From the NCBI GenBank assembly GCA_017415325.1, contig JAFQGY010000346.1, forward strand, positions 1 through 48,495: a stretch of 48,495 nucleotides of DNA, written 5' to 3'. Position numbers and translations under genes: made by a program. Origin of the DNA: Clostridia bacterium. GTDB lineage: Bacteria; Bacillota; Clostridia; Oscillospirales; CAG-272. The notes beneath the pieces were generated by a model. It saw only the letters and a list, made by a program, of their open reading frames with translations. It did not search any database and was not told where the DNA came from. Below, one piece after another: positions 46,752 to 48,495 of the stretch (position 1 is the first letter of the stretch; each line of letters opens with the position of its first letter).

Positions 46752-48236
46752 TCATTCCAGTTCCGAATAGGATTCGATCAGTGTGTCCAGAGCGGATTCC
46801 GCCTTGGTCTGGATCTTTGCCCACTGGGACGCAATATTCCCGGACTTGGCGTCGATGAGGGAACGGTGCATATATCCGGCGGATTCCGTCATGGAGGCGT
46901 AAGCGTAGCCGGTTTCCGTGTAGGCCAGGTCGTGAATATGGTCGATCAGGGCGGCGGCAGTGTCGGTGGAATCACGCATGTACTTGCCCTTCAGCACGAT
47001 GTCGTAGTAGGCGGGGGAGGTGGACTTGTATCCCTGGAACGCCAGCTCTTCCATCACGGCACAGACTCTGTCCACATCGGGGCAGGTCACCGGCAGGGCG
47101 CAGAGGGCCACGTCGTTGTGTACCAGCGCCCGGTAGGATTCCACGGTTTCGTCAAACTTCGGGTAGGGGATAACGCCGTAATCGCTTTCCATATCCCGCA
47201 GGAAGTCAGAGGTGAAGAAATAGCCGAACAGGAACAGCATCTCGTCCTGGGCAAACTTGGCGGTGATGTCGTTGTTGAAGACATCCCAGGTGGTGGGCTC
47301 GTATACACAGCAGGCCGGATTGGTATAGTAAATGTCGTACAGCCCTTCCATGGCGGATACGTTCAGCTCGGACAGGGGATCCAGCACCGGCATCCCGTCG
47401 GCGTCACGGGTCATGTAGTGAATCCCGCTGTTGATGTACAGGGAGTCGGTCAGCGCAGATTTGATAAGCCCGTAGCCCAGCATATCTTCCGGGTCGGTCT
47501 TGCCGTTCATGTTGTTGTCCACATACAGGGTTTCCGTCAGCTCGAACAGCTTGTCATAGGTCCACTGGCCTTCCGTCACCAGATCATACATGGCGGCGGG
47601 GTCCCCGTAGTTGTTTTCGTAAACGGTCTTGTTGAAATAGCAGCAGGAAATCCAGCGCAGGAACAGGGGCGTGATATCCCCGGTCAGGAAGTACAGCCGG
47701 TCGTTGCCGATATTGATGTTTTCGATGTATTCGCCCGCCCACCAGGGACTTGCGGTGTCGATATAGGGGGCGTCGATGAGGTTCAGATACAGCCCGTCGT
47801 TGATCATCTTCACCAGCTGGTACTGGGGCCCGGTGATCATGTCGAAGGTGTTGTCGGCGGCCTGGACGGAGTTGCGGACAAAGTTCAGAATGTCGCTCAC
47901 GGTGGTCATATTGAACTGGATTTCCACCGCCAGCTTGTCCATGACCGTCAGATTCCGGCGGTATACCTCGTCGTTCAGCACATCCCCGGTTTCCTCTTCG
48001 GCGGCAAACAGAATTTCGTCCCCGGTCTGGGTGGGGCAGTACAGGATTTTGTGCAGTGCACCGTCAAAGGTCACATCCGCCGGCACCCCGGAGGTCACCT
48101 CGGTTTCGGTTTCCGCGACTGTTTCGGTATTCACTTCGGTACCGGCCGTTTCCGCAGGATCCCCCGCATTGCCGCAGGAGGACACCAGCAGGGCGGACAG
48201 CAGGATCAGCAGGACAGAACGTATGGATTTATGCAT
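46752..48236 (-). CDS. Extracellular solute-binding lipoprotein (paralog of 40247-41734)
   Basis: Lipobox VSSC, GDVLNDEVY.RN, IDTASPWW, GQWTYD, DYGVIPYPKFD; promoter TTGACA-17-TATAAC upstream. Confidence 0.8.
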   Translation of the reverse strand: MHKSIRSVLLILLSALLVSSCGNAGDPAETAGTEVNTETVAETETEVTSGVPADVTFDGALHKILYCPTQTGDEILFAAEEETGDVLNDEVYRRNLTVMDKLAVEIQFNMTTVSDILNFVRNSVQAADNTFDMITGPQYQLVKMINDGLYLNLIDAPYIDTASPWWAGEYIENINIGNDRLYFLTGDITPLFLRWISCCYFNKTVYENNYGDPAAMYDLVTEGQWTYDKLFELTETLYVDNNMNGKTDPEDMLGYGLIKSALTDSLYINSGIHYMTRDADGMPVLDPLSELNVSAMEGLYDIYYTNPACCVYEPTTWDVFNNDITAKFAQDEMLFLFGYFFTSDFLRDMESDYGVIPYPKFDETVESYRALVHNDVALCALPVTCPDVDRVCAVMEELAFQGYKSTSPAYYDIVLKGKYMRDSTDTAAALIDHIHDLAYTETGYAYASMTESAGYMHRSLIDAKSGNIASQWAKIQTKAESALDTLIESYSELE

Positions 48237-48495
48237 AAAGAAACTCCTTTCGGGGTGGTATGATATAGTTATACCATATAAAATCCGTGGTGTCAAGTGG
48301 GGTGGTATTTTCTATGATATTTGTTGAGGGAGGGATTTCGTACTGGCGTACAGCGGGGTGGTTTCTCGAAGATGTTTGAGGGGATTTTCTTTTACTTCTG
48401 CTTACAGCGGTTTATTTTTTCTATGACCATAGAAGGGGTGTCCTTCCGGACGGGACTCAGAGGATAGGGGAGGGAGGAAATCGGTGCTCAAACGC

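Overview
Window from a Clostridia/Eubacteriales-like (Bacillota) chromosome. It starts with 5S rRNA, tRNA-Asn, a YgjV-like membrane protein and a GH36 alpha-galactosidase. About 33 kb (3645-36945) is then a co-oriented cellulosome-like locus with no glycoside hydrolases. It encodes a cohesin-cohesin-dockerin adaptor, a cohesin-Ig-SLH cell-wall anchor, and eight tandem secreted proteins with C-terminal dockerins. These eight are built from shuffled BspA-type LRR, transglutaminase-like Cys-His-Asp and DOMON/CBM9-like modules. Their junctions (dockerin-terminator-promoter-signal peptide) are near-identical at DNA level while the payloads diverge. A ninth dockerin protein with swapped repeat order lies at 41902-43500. 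The right end holds a PfkB kinase, class II aldolase, hicAB with a frameshifted hicA, orphan solute-binding lipoproteins, an AEC transporter, heptamer-repeat 3' elements, and an unannotated candidate type I toxin-antitoxin locus (46182-46645). All family calls come from motif recognition by eye; no database search was run.
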